Virus record (IMG/VR): IMGVR_UViG_3300037851_000538
Coordinates: 1-64,000 of that record
DNA: 64,000 bases
From: a virus
Reading direction: 5' to 3' (one strand)
This document shows positions 1 to 8,894 of the stretch, piece by piece. The notes beneath the pieces were generated by a model. It saw only the letters and a list, made by a program, of their open reading frames with translations, did no database searches and was not told the origin of the DNA. Position numbers and translations under genes: made by a program. Within the stretch, counting starts at the first letter, position 1, and each line of letters starts with the position of its first letter.

Positions 1-1
1 G

Positions 2-1405
2 TCTAGTAACAGCTACGCCCTTATAACTGGAAGCGGTAACGTCGGTATTGGCACGGCGGCTCCGGCAGCTAAGCTGCATATTGTCACAGAGGGAAGTGCC
101 AACAACACGATAATTGGCGGGTCTTCTGATGATGCGTGGGCATCGCCTACGTCGGTCACGTTTAGGAGGGCTAGACTAACAACACCCTTCAACGTTCAGT
201 CTGGGGACGCTCTGGGTTATTTGGCGTTTCAGGGTTCTTACGGCGGAAGCATGTATCCCGGGGCGTGGATTTCTGCTCTTGTAGACGGAACTCCAGGCGC
301 GAGTGATATGCCTTCTAGGCTAGCGTTCTACACTTCTTCAGACGGGTCAGCATCCCCTACTGAGAGAATGAGAATTGCGTCCAATGGGTACGTTAGTATA
401 GGAGGTTCCGTTACCCCATCAGTGCTTTTGACTCTTACAAGCTCTACTCAGTACCAGGGTATAAGTCTGGGAAACGGGACATACGAGACCGTTAAAGTGT
501 ACGGAGAGAGCGTTAATAACGATTCGGGGTCTATAGAGCTTAAAAGTGCGGGGGCTAGCAGAGTTCTTATACGGGCTGGGTCGTATAATTACCTGTACGG
601 TAACCTGTCCGTTGCTAGTACCAGCGCTCCGTCGGCTGCCCTAGATGTTAACGGAGGGGGGATAATTAGAACCGGCCTTAATGTTGGTTTTTCTACGGCC
701 CCCTCAGACGACACTCTGTGCGTAGGGGACGCTGGATTTTTGCTGAAACCAGTATCCGGGATACCGGACTATAGGCGCATACAATTCCAGAGCCAAAACT
801 ATCTGGACTATCAAGTGGGACCATCCACGGGTTCCTATACTATTTACGCCACTCTAAACAACAAAGCGACGTGGCAGCTGGGTCCAGACGGCATCCACCC
901 TATGGCTGTTCATACGGACAACCAGTTTGTAGGTTTGCCGGCCAATAGGGCCAACCAGTGGGATGGGGTTTATGCTTCAAAAGGAATATTCCACGCCATA
1001 AACGACAACGATCCATCCTCCGCCGAGGAATCGTGCGGTAGAAACGCTTTTAACACGGTATTCGCCAGGGCGTTTGTCAACGCAGACGCCACGTACTCGT
1101 CATCCGACCATTGGAACATCGCAAACATCAATAAAAACTCGACCGGAGGGGGCTATGAGTACTCTATAACTATGGATATAGAGCCTTCTATAGATGCGGC
1201 TGTTCTTGTAACGGTTGCCGAGAAATCTTCTGTGACGGGAGGGGCTATTACTGCCGTTGCTAAAATTGCGGAATCTGGCGGGGTTAATAGGGCCGTGGTT
1301 AGTTTTCATGAAATGTCTTGGAATGGGTCCTCGCACAGCACGGCCGATTACGTATCAAAGGCTTTCAACGTCATAGTTGTTGGTCGTCCTCGGTCTAACC
1401 CGTAA
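2..1405 (+). CDS. Tail fibre / receptor-binding protein, C-terminal part (5' truncated by window edge)
   Basis: Frame is open from base 2 (SSNSYALITGSGNVGIGTAAPAAKLHIV...), upstream of the listed 221 start. GNVGIGT / ERMRIASNGYVSIG / PSAALDVNG repeats are typical of phage tail-fibre beta-repeat proteins. Confidence 0.75.
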   Translation, partial: SSNSYALITGSGNVGIGTAAPAAKLHIVTEGSANNTIIGGSSDDAWASPTSVTFRRARLTTPFNVQSGDALGYLAFQGSYGGSMYPGAWISALVDGTPGASDMPSRLAFYTSSDGSASPTERMRIASNGYVSIGGSVTPSVLLTLTSSTQYQGISLGNGTYETVKVYGESVNNDSGSIELKSAGASRVLIRAGSYNYLYGNLSVASTSAPSAALDVNGGGIIRTGLNVGFSTAPSDDTLCVGDAGFLLKPVSGIPDYRRIQFQSQNYLDYQVGPSTGSYTIYATLNNKATWQLGPDGIHPMAVHTDNQFVGLPANRANQWDGVYASKGIFHAINDNDPSSAEESCGRNAFNTVFARAFVNADATYSSSDHWNIANINKNSTGGGYEYSITMDIEPSIDAAVLVTVAEKSSVTGGAITAVAKIAESGGVNRAVVSFHEMSWNGSSHSTADYVSKAFNVIVVGRPRSNP

Positions 1406-1414
1406 GGAGAAACA

Positions 1415-1921
1415 ATGATCCTCAGTGCTCATCTGTTACTAGTCTTATTGTGCGCAGAGGCTCCCTACTCTGAGCCGGGGGATCAACTATACGAAGATAG
1501 TATTCCAGCCGAGTGTGCCGTTAGTTCCGAGGAGCTGGTTCAGGCTAAGAACGAATACTTCAAGCTCACGAAGGAGGCGGACAGGACTAAGAGGAACCTT
1601 GCCCTGTTCGCCCTCCTGGCGGCCGTATTCAAGGTTCTTTTGAGCCTAACAAAGCTAGCATCCTCTTTCTTCAGAAGTGGGAGAGGAAAAACCGTCATAC
1701 GTTTCTCTACACTCGGAATAGGGGTGTTCGTATTTCTCTTCTCCCATCTTGCGGCGGGAGAATCATGGTTGGATTCTATCATCCTAGGAGCTTGCGGGCC
1801 GTTTTCGATAGTCGTTCACGAGTACGCTAAGCTCTTGTTCCCGTCGAAAGGAAAGGTGGATGAAGGACCAACAAGAGAAGAAGGAAGCGGGCCAGGAACT
1901 GATGAACCAACTCCTGGCTAA
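1415..1921 (+). CDS. Membrane protein, holin-like candidate
   Basis: AGGAG RBS; N-terminal hydrophobic segment plus about 3 further TM segments; charged C-tail; directly follows the tail fibre gene. Confidence 0.45.
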   Translation: MILSAHLLLVLLCAEAPYSEPGDQLYEDSIPAECAVSSEELVQAKNEYFKLTKEADRTKRNLALFALLAAVFKVLLSLTKLASSFFRSGRGKTVIRFSTLGIGVFVFLFSHLAAGESWLDSIILGACGPFSIVVHEYAKLLFPSKGKVDEGPTREEGSGPGTDEPTPG

Positions 1922-2264
1922 GAAGTGGAGCCCATCCTCTTTCCTTCCGCTGCTCCTAATCATCGTTCTTCTTGTTCTCATCTTAGCCATTTCAGGCTTC
2001 CGGGTGTTTTTGTCCAAGAAGAGCGCAGCGGAGGCCATGAGGAGGCTTAAAGAGGTGGACGATGAAAGGCTGAAGGCCATCTACGAGGCGCGTATGGGTG
2101 TTAACGAAGAGTCACGCAAGCAGGCAGAAAAAAGACTGGAGGAGTTGGATGCGCAGTTATCCAAAATCGCCGGGCAGTTGTCTGAGAGAAGAATGGCTCA
2201 TCAGAAGTATGTGCAGTCGCTTAGACACGTCACAGATTGGGACGACGTCATACTCGTCAAGTAG
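1860..2264 (+). CDS. Single-TM coiled-coil protein (i-spanin/Rz-like candidate)
   Basis: FLPLLLIIVLLVLILAISGF TM followed by heptad-rich helix; overlaps both neighbours. Confidence 0.4.
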   Translation: MKDQQEKKEAGQELMNQLLAKKWSPSSFLPLLLIIVLLVLILAISGFRVFLSKKSAAEAMRRLKEVDDERLKAIYEARMGVNEESRKQAEKRLEELDAQLSKIAGQLSERRMAHQKYVQSLRHVTDWDDVILVK

Positions 2265-2730
2265 GGTGTTCGGGGCAGTGTTTTTCTTCCTCGTACTACT
2301 GGCTCTGATCTTTTCTATATCCGCCAGAGCGGAAGAGCCCGTCCGTGTACGGTTCCAAGTGCTTCCTCCCGGAGAAGAGATGACTCTGGGGTCTAAGGGA
2401 AAGGCCCGGTGCTATTTCTTGAGTGATTGGCTTCAGCTCGCCAAGGCCGATAACGAGCTTTATACCCTTAGAGCCGAGTCGGATAATCTTAGGGAGATAG
2501 TTCGGCTTCTACAGGAGAAGCAAAAGAATCTGCACGCCGTCAATCAGTCCCTGTTCGACGACAAGACTATTCTGCTGGAAAGGTCTAGGAGTCTGGAGAC
2601 GGATATCAAAGACTGCCGGTCACGATTAGCTTCTTGCGGAAGTTATGCCCCGTGGGTGATTGCCATAATTGGCGGGACTATGGGGGTCATAGGGGTGGCT
2701 ATTGGGATAGGTGCGTGGATGGGCAGCTAA
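2098..2730 (+). CDS. Secreted/membrane coiled-coil protein with C-terminal TM (possible lysis accessory); true start probably downstream of 2098
   Basis: Signal-like VFFFLVLLALIFSISARA|EEP, central coiled coil, C-terminal WVIAIIGGTMGVIGVAIGIGAW. Confidence 0.4.
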   Translation: MLTKSHASRQKKDWRSWMRSYPKSPGSCLREEWLIRSMCSRLDTSQIGTTSYSSSRVFGAVFFFLVLLALIFSISARAEEPVRVRFQVLPPGEEMTLGSKGKARCYFLSDWLQLAKADNELYTLRAESDNLREIVRLLQEKQKNLHAVNQSLFDDKTILLERSRSLETDIKDCRSRLASCGSYAPWVIAIIGGTMGVIGVAIGIGAWMGS

Positions 2731-2747
2731 TGACCCGGACATTACGA

Positions 2748-2760
2748 GGGCTAAAAATAA
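2748..2760 (-). terminator. Conserved TTATTTTTAGCCC motif at the 3' end of the minus-strand replication block
   Basis: Exact 13-mer also at 62757-62769 (+) after the HNH gene; core TTTTTAGC also at 26166-26173 (-). Confidence 0.55.
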
Positions 2761-2765
2761 AGCGA

Positions 2766-3056
2766 TTACGGCAACTTAAGAAACTCTAGGGCGGAGAGAC
2801 ACACGGCGGCCAGCTGAGCCAGTCGTTTTCGTACCTCGTCTACGTCGTCTCCGTTTACAGCGCAGGTGGCGACTTTTCCCGCGTAGTTGGAGGCTATGAG
2901 AGCCCATTCTTTGGCGGTGTGTCGCTGGTCGTGTAGGGAGGACCACCTCCTTTTCTGGTAGCTCAGCTCGTTTAAGACCTCCTGTAGGGCCCTTTCAGCT
3001 GGAAGGAGGTTTGTGGGGTCTTGCGTGTCGTGACCTAAAAAAACCTTGTCGCTCAT
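2766..3056 (-). CDS. MazG-like / NTP-PPase-fold small protein
   Basis: EVLNELSYQKRRW...HTAKEW...VRKRLAQLAAVC resembles phage all-helical MazG-like proteins; acidic catalytic residues look partly lost. Confidence 0.4.
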   Translation of the reverse strand: MSDKVFLGHDTQDPTNLLPAERALQEVLNELSYQKRRWSSLHDQRHTAKEWALIASNYAGKVATCAVNGDDVDEVRKRLAQLAAVCLSALEFLKLP

Positions 3057-3082
3057 GTCATCCTCCGAGGGAGAAGGGGGGA

Positions 3083-3112
3083 ACCTCCCCTCGAAGATGC
3101 TCGAGGGGAGGT
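3083..3112. terminator. GC-rich stem-loop (ACCTCCCCTCGA-agatgc-TCGAGGGGAGGT)
   Basis: Perfect 12-bp inverted repeat in an intergenic gap; no clear U-tract. Confidence 0.5.
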
Positions 3113-3115
3113 GAT

Positions 3116-3268
3116 TTAGGCGACAGGCATTCCGTAGAAGCGGATTTTGGACCTGAGGGCGTTGGCATCTTCACTAGAGTATCCGATGCCGACGTAATCT
3201 GCGAACTTGTGGAGCTCGTCTATGTCGGATTCGTCAAGGTCCTCATCCGACACAACCACACAGCTCAT
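3116..3268 (-). CDS. Small acidic hypothetical protein, 50 aa (MSCVVVSDEDLDESDIDELHKFADYVGIGYSSEDANALRSKIRFYGMPVA); not in ORF track
   Basis: ATG overlaps the upstream TGA (ATGA coupling); fills the gap up to the hairpin. Confidence 0.65.
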   Translation of the reverse strand: MSCVVVSDEDLDESDIDELHKFADYVGIGYSSEDANALRSKIRFYGMPVA

Positions 3269-4338
3269 TCCTGGATATAGATCGAGATGTTCTTGTTCTC
3301 GGGAAGGAGCGGATCCAAAGGGGACTTGTCCCCGCTGTCCTGATCAACCCACTGAATGAGGCCGTTGACCGCCATAAGGTCGTGAAGAGCGGTGATGCCG
3401 TTGAGGGTGCGCTCCGTTTCTTTGGCCTGGCTGTCTGCCACTGCGCTGGTGGCCTTGTTGATCTCTTTGGTGAGGGCGGCGACCACTCGATTGACCGTCT
3501 CAGCCAACTTGGCCTCTACCACCTCCGCAACCCGAACTTGGATCTCTGGAAGAAGGAACTTGGCCAGCTCGGCAGCCAGGTCTCCACTGGGGGCGGCACT
3601 GGGTTGAACAGGAGCCTCTTCCGCCTGAACCTCTACCTTGGGACGCGACGGGGGACGACCGATCTTGGCCCCGATCTGAGGACGTGCCATCTCCGGACCC
3701 TTAGCCGGCTCTGCAGCAGCTTCTTGAGCAGGGGCTTGAGCTGAGGACTCTTCACGACGACGGGGCAACAAAATACGCTTACCTTCTGCCATGGTGTTCT
3801 CCTGTTGGACCATCTCTGGTCCTTTTTTTGCCGAAGACTTCTTTTCCTTAACCACGAGACCCTGTTCGGCTTCGGTACTCATGAGGTACTTGATGATCTG
3901 CTCTACAGTCATTCCCAAAGACTGGCCTTGGGTTAAGCCTAGCTCCTGGGCGTACTTTCTCAGCTGTAGAGCTGACCTAGGTCTTTTTCCACAAACATCA
4001 TCTGGTGATACGTTTCCATTCTCGTCCGTCTCATACCTGAGCTGATGTTCTCGCTCAGCGAACGTGATTCCGGGACGAAGCATGGCCTTGAAGTCTACGT
4101 GCTCCACATCTTCTCCTTGGAACTGCACTTGCCCATAGAACGCCAACCGAACTACGCCCGGCTCATCTAGGAGACTTCTTAGCGTCCTACGATGCTCCTC
4201 CTGTCTTTGATAGCAGGGGGACCAGTGCACACAGTCATGGACCGCTTTCCATTCGTAAGACCCGTCCTTTCCCGCTAGAATGGGGCATCCTTTGGCGTTG
4301 TTACAGGTAAAGCAGATGCCTTGAATCATGTGTGTCAC
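3265..4338 (-). CDS. Hypothetical protein (N-terminal Cys cluster, Pro/Ala/Glu linker, C-terminal helical domain)
   Basis: 357-aa ORF coupled to its neighbours in the operon. Confidence 0.6.
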   Translation of the reverse strand: MTHMIQGICFTCNNAKGCPILAGKDGSYEWKAVHDCVHWSPCYQRQEEHRRTLRSLLDEPGVVRLAFYGQVQFQGEDVEHVDFKAMLRPGITFAEREHQLRYETDENGNVSPDDVCGKRPRSALQLRKYAQELGLTQGQSLGMTVEQIIKYLMSTEAEQGLVVKEKKSSAKKGPEMVQQENTMAEGKRILLPRRREESSAQAPAQEAAAEPAKGPEMARPQIGAKIGRPPSRPKVEVQAEEAPVQPSAAPSGDLAAELAKFLLPEIQVRVAEVVEAKLAETVNRVVAALTKEINKATSAVADSQAKETERTLNGITALHDLMAVNGLIQWVDQDSGDKSPLDPLLPENKNISIYIQE

Positions 4339-4652
4339 TCGAAGTAGGACCGGTTGAGGTCATAGCACGCTATGACTTGAAGGTCTCTACATTCGCCGCA
4401 TCTTGGACACACTTTTTTGGGAGCCTGCATGCGGATTCTGTCCCAATACTTTTGCTGGAAAACCTCCATCTTTCTTCTTCGGACATCTACGGGATTCTTA
4501 ATGTCCGGGTCATTAAGCCCTTCGATGCACTGAAGAATAAGCTCTCGGGGCCACCCGCGCGTGACGTTCTTGATTCCAATCCATCTAGCCAAGCCCACCA
4601 GTTCTGTATGGTTCAGCTCCGATAGTACAAAACCCTCCTCCTTAATCTTCAT
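4335..4652 (-). CDS. Hypothetical Cys-rich protein
   Basis: 105 aa; CPRCGEC...C; ATGA overlap with the downstream gene. Confidence 0.6.
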   Translation of the reverse strand: MKIKEEGFVLSELNHTELVGLARWIGIKNVTRGWPRELILQCIEGLNDPDIKNPVDVRRRKMEVFQQKYWDRIRMQAPKKVCPRCGECRDLQVIACYDLNRSYFE

Positions 4653-5227
4653 CTAGGCCTCCTAATAATGAAGTCGTCGATGTCTGCTACCGAGATTTCC
4701 ACCTCCGCTCTAGGGTTGAGGGGGTCCTCTCTCTTCTCCTGAAGACCCCTAAATATCTGGCTGTCGTCGATGCCAAGAGAACCAGACAGACAGTCTTGAA
4801 CAAACTTAATTCGATTGTCGTAGTCGATCCTCTTATACCTAGTCTTGGCCTGTTTTTCTCCATCGTTCCCAGTGCGGTACCAACCCTCATTTTCTAGTGC
4901 CGGAAAGAATAACGAGATACGAAACTCGTAAACAGTTTCTATCCCCGTCTTCAGGTTTCCTACTCTGGGTAGGTTCTCCGGGTCCGATACGAGAGTCTGT
5001 ACCTGCTGTTTATACAACCCGGCCTCTTTAGTAAGGTACAGACCGCCCCACTTGTTCTTTCTGTAGATACGGTTAGAGGACGGAGGGATTGGGAGCGTTA
5101 GACGAAGACTATTGCCCCTGCCTGAATATTCTGGGACCAACTCTTCTTTTGTGGGTAGGCTCCTCCTCTTCTTGGATCTGTTCAGAATCCGATTCTCCGT
5201 CATCGTTAGACACCTCCGGACGCGCAT
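4649..5227 (-). CDS. rusA: RusA-family Holliday junction resolvase
   Basis: LPIPPSSNRIY, DYDNRIKFVQDCL, GIDDSQI and NPRAEVEI match RusA catalytic Asp/Lys motifs. Confidence 0.85.
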   Translation of the reverse strand: MRVRRCLTMTENRILNRSKKRRSLPTKEELVPEYSGRGNSLRLTLPIPPSSNRIYRKNKWGGLYLTKEAGLYKQQVQTLVSDPENLPRVGNLKTGIETVYEFRISLFFPALENEGWYRTGNDGEKQAKTRYKRIDYDNRIKFVQDCLSGSLGIDDSQIFRGLQEKREDPLNPRAEVEISVADIDDFIIRRPR

Positions 5228-5885
5228 AGGACCTAAAGGGTTTAGGGAACGGATTACTCAGACGATTGCCCATGTTGTTTCCCATATACTCGGCCTCTAG
5301 TTTGGCCTGATGGATGGTAACCTCTCGGGAAATCACCTTCATATCCTGATGCGCTACTTCTAAGGCAGCTAGCATACAGCTGTACAGAGAGTTCAGCTCT
5401 TCGTAGTGGGCGCTTGCCTTAACGTACCTGTAGTCTTTTCTGGCCAGGTCGCTTTGGGTCTGGGCGCTATTCTTTTTACCGTCTGAGTCTACTCTGAATT
5501 GCTGACGAATACGCGCCCACAGGAATTCCTTTTGGCGCAAAGCCTCTGACCTTTCGGCGGCTATCAGATTGGTTTGGTACGCGAGATACCTGTACCAACC
5601 ACCAAACAGGGAGTACAGGGCAGACAGCTGGTCTAGACTTAGCCTTCGGATGACCGTAGGGAGCTGACCGGTAAAGTAATCTCCAGGCATCAGACCCGGA
5701 AATATTCCTCGGTGCTCTTCCTCGAGAGTAGGTCGGTCCCCGGTTCTTCCTACGATCTCTACGAACCTGCTCTTTACCTTGTCAGAAAACTGGTATGTAC
5801 TGAGTCCGGTTACCTCGTCTGTAGAAAATGCTTCAGGAGCTACGTCCGATTCTTCTCGACCACGTCCTGGAAATGGTTTCGGCAT
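5109..5885 (-). CDS. Helical protein, possible UvsY-like recombination mediator
   Basis: Long amphipathic helices (LSALYSLFGGWYRY...DYRYVKASAHYEEL...ALEVAHQDMKVISR); lies inside the RecA/exonuclease/resolvase cluster. Confidence 0.4.
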   Translation of the reverse strand: MPKPFPGRGREESDVAPEAFSTDEVTGLSTYQFSDKVKSRFVEIVGRTGDRPTLEEEHRGIFPGLMPGDYFTGQLPTVIRRLSLDQLSALYSLFGGWYRYLAYQTNLIAAERSEALRQKEFLWARIRQQFRVDSDGKKNSAQTQSDLARKDYRYVKASAHYEELNSLYSCMLAALEVAHQDMKVISREVTIHQAKLEAEYMGNNMGNRLSNPFPKPFRSYARPEVSNDDGESDSEQIQEEEEPTHKRRVGPRIFRQGQ

Positions 5886-6711
5886 GAGCTTTCTCCTTTT
5901 CTGCTTTGTTCTTCTTTAGGGCGGGGCACCCATGCTCGTAGTCGCAGTATCTACACCCAAACCCCGGACTTCCTTCTGGCGGGCTCTTTGACCTAACTGC
6001 CTCAATGACCGGATTCAGCACGCTGTCGACAATGTTCTCCCAGATTGAAAAGTCGAACGCCACCGCGTGCTCTTTGAAGATGCCCCTGTTCTTGTTCAGG
6101 TAGAGGATAAGTGCAAAAGGCACGTCGGCTAGTTTCATGTAGAAGTGCGCTTGCCGAACGTTATCGTCCATTGGCTTTTTCTGAATCGTCTCCCAGCCGA
6201 AGTTTCCTCCTTCCTTGATGGACTTCATCTCAAGAATGAATTTAAGGTGGGAAAAGGTGAAGATGCCGTCTGTGCTGCTTTTTACCAGTAGGGTGTTGTC
6301 TTGTAGAGGAACTTCATACCGGAACTGGTCCTGGTACATGTTCTTGAAGTGCATCTGCCATGTGTCGTGAAGAAGGGTTCCGATATCCCAGGTCAACTGG
6401 CTCTCTTGGCAGTAGGACCTTTTTGGTTCTACTTCCCCCGTGCACCCAAAATACAAGGCCAGGTGGCACACTCCGGTCTTACAGGCGCTAGAGGGGTGTA
6501 TGCCCGAGCTTCGTGTCTTGGTCCTCCTCAGATTCGTAACTACAGAGGTAGACGTCTCTGTACTGGACAGCCAGTAGAAGTACTTCTCGACATCGGCCTG
6601 AACCGTCACCTGTCTACGCCAGTAGTCGATTCTGTCCTTCTCTCCGTTTTTAAGAGCTTGTTCCAGATCTTGAAGAGTCTTTATGGGGTCCATTGGCAAT
6701 GTCCGGGTCAT
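5833..6711 (-). CDS. Cas4/RecB-like PD-(D/E)xK exonuclease
   Basis: HPSSAC, GTLLHD, TDGI...ILEMKS, QAHFYM and C-terminal CRYCDYEHGC Fe-S-type Cys cluster. Confidence 0.85.
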   Translation of the reverse strand: MTRTLPMDPIKTLQDLEQALKNGEKDRIDYWRRQVTVQADVEKYFYWLSSTETSTSVVTNLRRTKTRSSGIHPSSACKTGVCHLALYFGCTGEVEPKRSYCQESQLTWDIGTLLHDTWQMHFKNMYQDQFRYEVPLQDNTLLVKSSTDGIFTFSHLKFILEMKSIKEGGNFGWETIQKKPMDDNVRQAHFYMKLADVPFALILYLNKNRGIFKEHAVAFDFSIWENIVDSVLNPVIEAVRSKSPPEGSPGFGCRYCDYEHGCPALKKNKAEKEKAHAETISRTWSRRIGRSS

Positions 6712-7216
6712 TACGTTTACGTTCTAGATAGGAATCGTAGACCCAACCAGGCAGAACTACGTACCTCTTGCTCGGATATACCCCCTGAAACTCTATCTCG
6801 AAGACGGGCTCCTCATTCAGAGCCGCCTGCTTTTCTAGAGTCTCTAGGTCCTTCAGCTTGAGTGTGTAGCTAGAAGACCTGGTCAGTTTACACTCTCCTC
6901 TCACTACTCCTTTTACGCGAACGTCTCCTTTCTCCGTTCCAGCACCAGAGGCGGGCTGCCTCTTTCCTCCCCATCGAGAGGCCGCCCTTTTCTCCTGCGC
7001 CCTACTTCTTTTTTGGCTGTCCGTCTTGCCCGGGCTGGCGGCTTCCCTGCACGATTTGTACATCTCTTTTCCGCACGATGTGCAGTAGGGAGAGAGCCCT
7101 GCAATGTTCAGAGCCCTTTCCCTGACGCCATCTATAGATATGCCCAGCTTGCACTTAGGGCATTCCCAAATACTCATGAGGTATACGCCACAGGCAGCTT
7201 GGCTTCCGACAAGCAC
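6650..7216 (-). CDS. PD-(D/E)xK Holliday junction resolvase with N-terminal Zn ribbon
   Basis: QEKRAASRWGGKRQPASGAG..KGDVR...ECK motif typical of phage resolvases; CPKC/CTSC. Confidence 0.75.
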   Translation of the reverse strand: MLVGSQAACGVYLMSIWECPKCKLGISIDGVRERALNIAGLSPYCTSCGKEMYKSCREAASPGKTDSQKRSRAQEKRAASRWGGKRQPASGAGTEKGDVRVKGVVRGECKLTRSSSYTLKLKDLETLEKQAALNEEPVFEIEFQGVYPSKRYVVLPGWVYDSYLERKRNDPDIANGPHKDSSRSGTSS

Positions 7217-8460
7217 CTTTTTCTCAGTTGTTCTTGGAGCTCAGGGTCCGACACCAGCTTGTCCGCAAACTTGTCAGATCCCTGACAATGAACCAGTAGA
7301 TTGCCGTTGACCGAGAACTTCAGCCAAGCCCCGGCTGCCTCAATCACCCCAAGCCCCTTAGCTGTCTCCACCATTTCGGTAATGGAGTCTATGCCCCATT
7401 CATGAATCCTGTTCTCCACATCCTTCCAAAAGATTGGGTCTTCTTTAGGGACGTGGTAGTAGTTGTAGTAACCTCTTTTTCCATCATGAGTCCCCGCCTT
7501 TCCCTTGGTCAGGTCCCATCGGACCTCTCTTCCAATGATAGGTCCGTCACCTGAAGCCTTAATGGGGGAACTCTTGTTGAGCTCTAGGCTGGCTAGCTGC
7601 GCGTGCTTCCAGGAATAGGCCCCCGCTGCAGCGTGTGTTTTAGGTCCCCTAGGACTTCCTCCAATCTCCGCTCGAGCTTGGTTGATCCCTATGAGGGTGG
7701 TCTCGAGCATGGTGCCGTCAGGACGGTCCATCATGTACAGAGGGTATATCTTGTTCATGAAGTTGGTGAGCATGACAGAGCTTCCACCGTACACGCGGTC
7801 ACCGACATCTCCAGCCTCTTGGTCAGCCGAAAGTAGAGCGCCTAGAGACTCTATAACTATGAGCTGGAATGCCCCCTCTTTTACAGCCTCGTAGGCCACG
7901 TCTAGGGCCTCTTCTCCGTTGCTTCCTGAGATGATTACCACCTCACCTATTTGCCTTTTCAGGTCGCTCACCTCCTCTGCGGTGTAGGGAGGAAGGCCCT
8001 CTGAGGCTCTTAGTGTCTCGAAGTGCTCTATCTCTGAGTTTGAGTACCCGACGCAGAACCCTGCTTTCCTGGCGAAGGTTTTATCAATACGGATCTCGGT
8101 GCAGACGATGAGGACGGCAGCTCTATTACCGTAATTTTTCTGGACCATCCCCGCCGTTCGGTACGCCAGATATGTTTTGCCCACGGATTCCGCGCCGTGA
8201 ATTTGCGCACAGCCGCCCGCATGGAATCCTCCCGCCAAAGCAATATCAAGCCCAAGAATCCCAGTGGGACGACGAAGGCGGTAAGGAGTACCAACATCGC
8301 AAGCGCGTTGGACTTGAACGAGACCTTTGAATTTCTCCATCTTGGCCATTTTGGCGATCCAAGAGGCGACTCCGGGTGCCGGTTTTTCACTGGAGGGGTT
8401 CTCTTGCTCTTTCTTTAGCTGACGTTTAGAGAGTTTGGGGTCTGCTTTCTTAGGGGACAT
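7174..8460 (-). CDS. recA: RecA/UvsX-like recombinase
   Basis: PTGILGLDIALAGG, Walker A GAESVGKT, LIVIESLGAL, INQAR. Confidence 0.92.
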   Translation of the reverse strand: MSPKKADPKLSKRQLKKEQENPSSEKPAPGVASWIAKMAKMEKFKGLVQVQRACDVGTPYRLRRPTGILGLDIALAGGFHAGGCAQIHGAESVGKTYLAYRTAGMVQKNYGNRAAVLIVCTEIRIDKTFARKAGFCVGYSNSEIEHFETLRASEGLPPYTAEEVSDLKRQIGEVVIISGSNGEEALDVAYEAVKEGAFQLIVIESLGALLSADQEAGDVGDRVYGGSSVMLTNFMNKIYPLYMMDRPDGTMLETTLIGINQARAEIGGSPRGPKTHAAAGAYSWKHAQLASLELNKSSPIKASGDGPIIGREVRWDLTKGKAGTHDGKRGYYNYYHVPKEDPIFWKDVENRIHEWGIDSITEMVETAKGLGVIEAAGAWLKFSVNGNLLVHCQGSDKFADKLVSDPELQEQLRKRCLSEAKLPVAYTS

Positions 8461-8462
8461 TT

Positions 8463-8894
8463 CTACTTCCTAGGTTCAAAAGGTTCCGTGCCGTGAGTGG
8501 GGCAAGCCCCGCCCTTGTCCAATCCCTTGTCGCATTCTGGGCAATGACCGGGACGTTTCTTGGAAGCTGTTTTGGCTTTATCGTCGTCCAGAACAACGGC
8601 GTACTTGGTCATCCCTTCTTCTTCTTCTGAACACATGATGGTCCTCCTGTACTGAAGTCTTTTGGCAGGCTTGAACTTAAGCTTTCTGCCCGCCGCGTAT
8701 GATCGCCCATTAGGCATCTCTTTACTTGGAACGTCTACCCAGAAAAACGTACCAAGTCCTCGTATTTTTACATCCACCCCGTGGTCGAGCTGTCCTACTA
8801 CAGAGTCAATCAGGGCCTGGGCAAAACCCCAAAACAGTTTGGGGTCTGCCCCTACCCTTTCTGCCGCTAGTTCTACTACTTCGGTGATCGTCAT
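8463..8894 (-). CDS. HU/IHF-like DNA-binding protein with C-terminal Zn-ribbon extension
   Basis: MTITEVVELAAE...VKIRGLGTF...AGRKLKFKPAK HU signature, then CPEC...CPTHG. Confidence 0.75.
   Translation of the reverse strand: MTITEVVELAAERVGADPKLFWGFAQALIDSVVGQLDHGVDVKIRGLGTFFWVDVPSKEMPNGRSYAAGRKLKFKPAKRLQYRRTIMCSEEEEGMTKYAVVLDDDKAKTASKKRPGHCPECDKGLDKGGACPTHGTEPFEPRK

Noticed and set aside
5833-6711. Cas4-like gene as evidence of a CRISPR-Cas locus
   Set aside because: No cas1/cas2 or effector genes and no repeat-spacer array seen; solo Cas4-like exonucleases are common in phage recombination modules.
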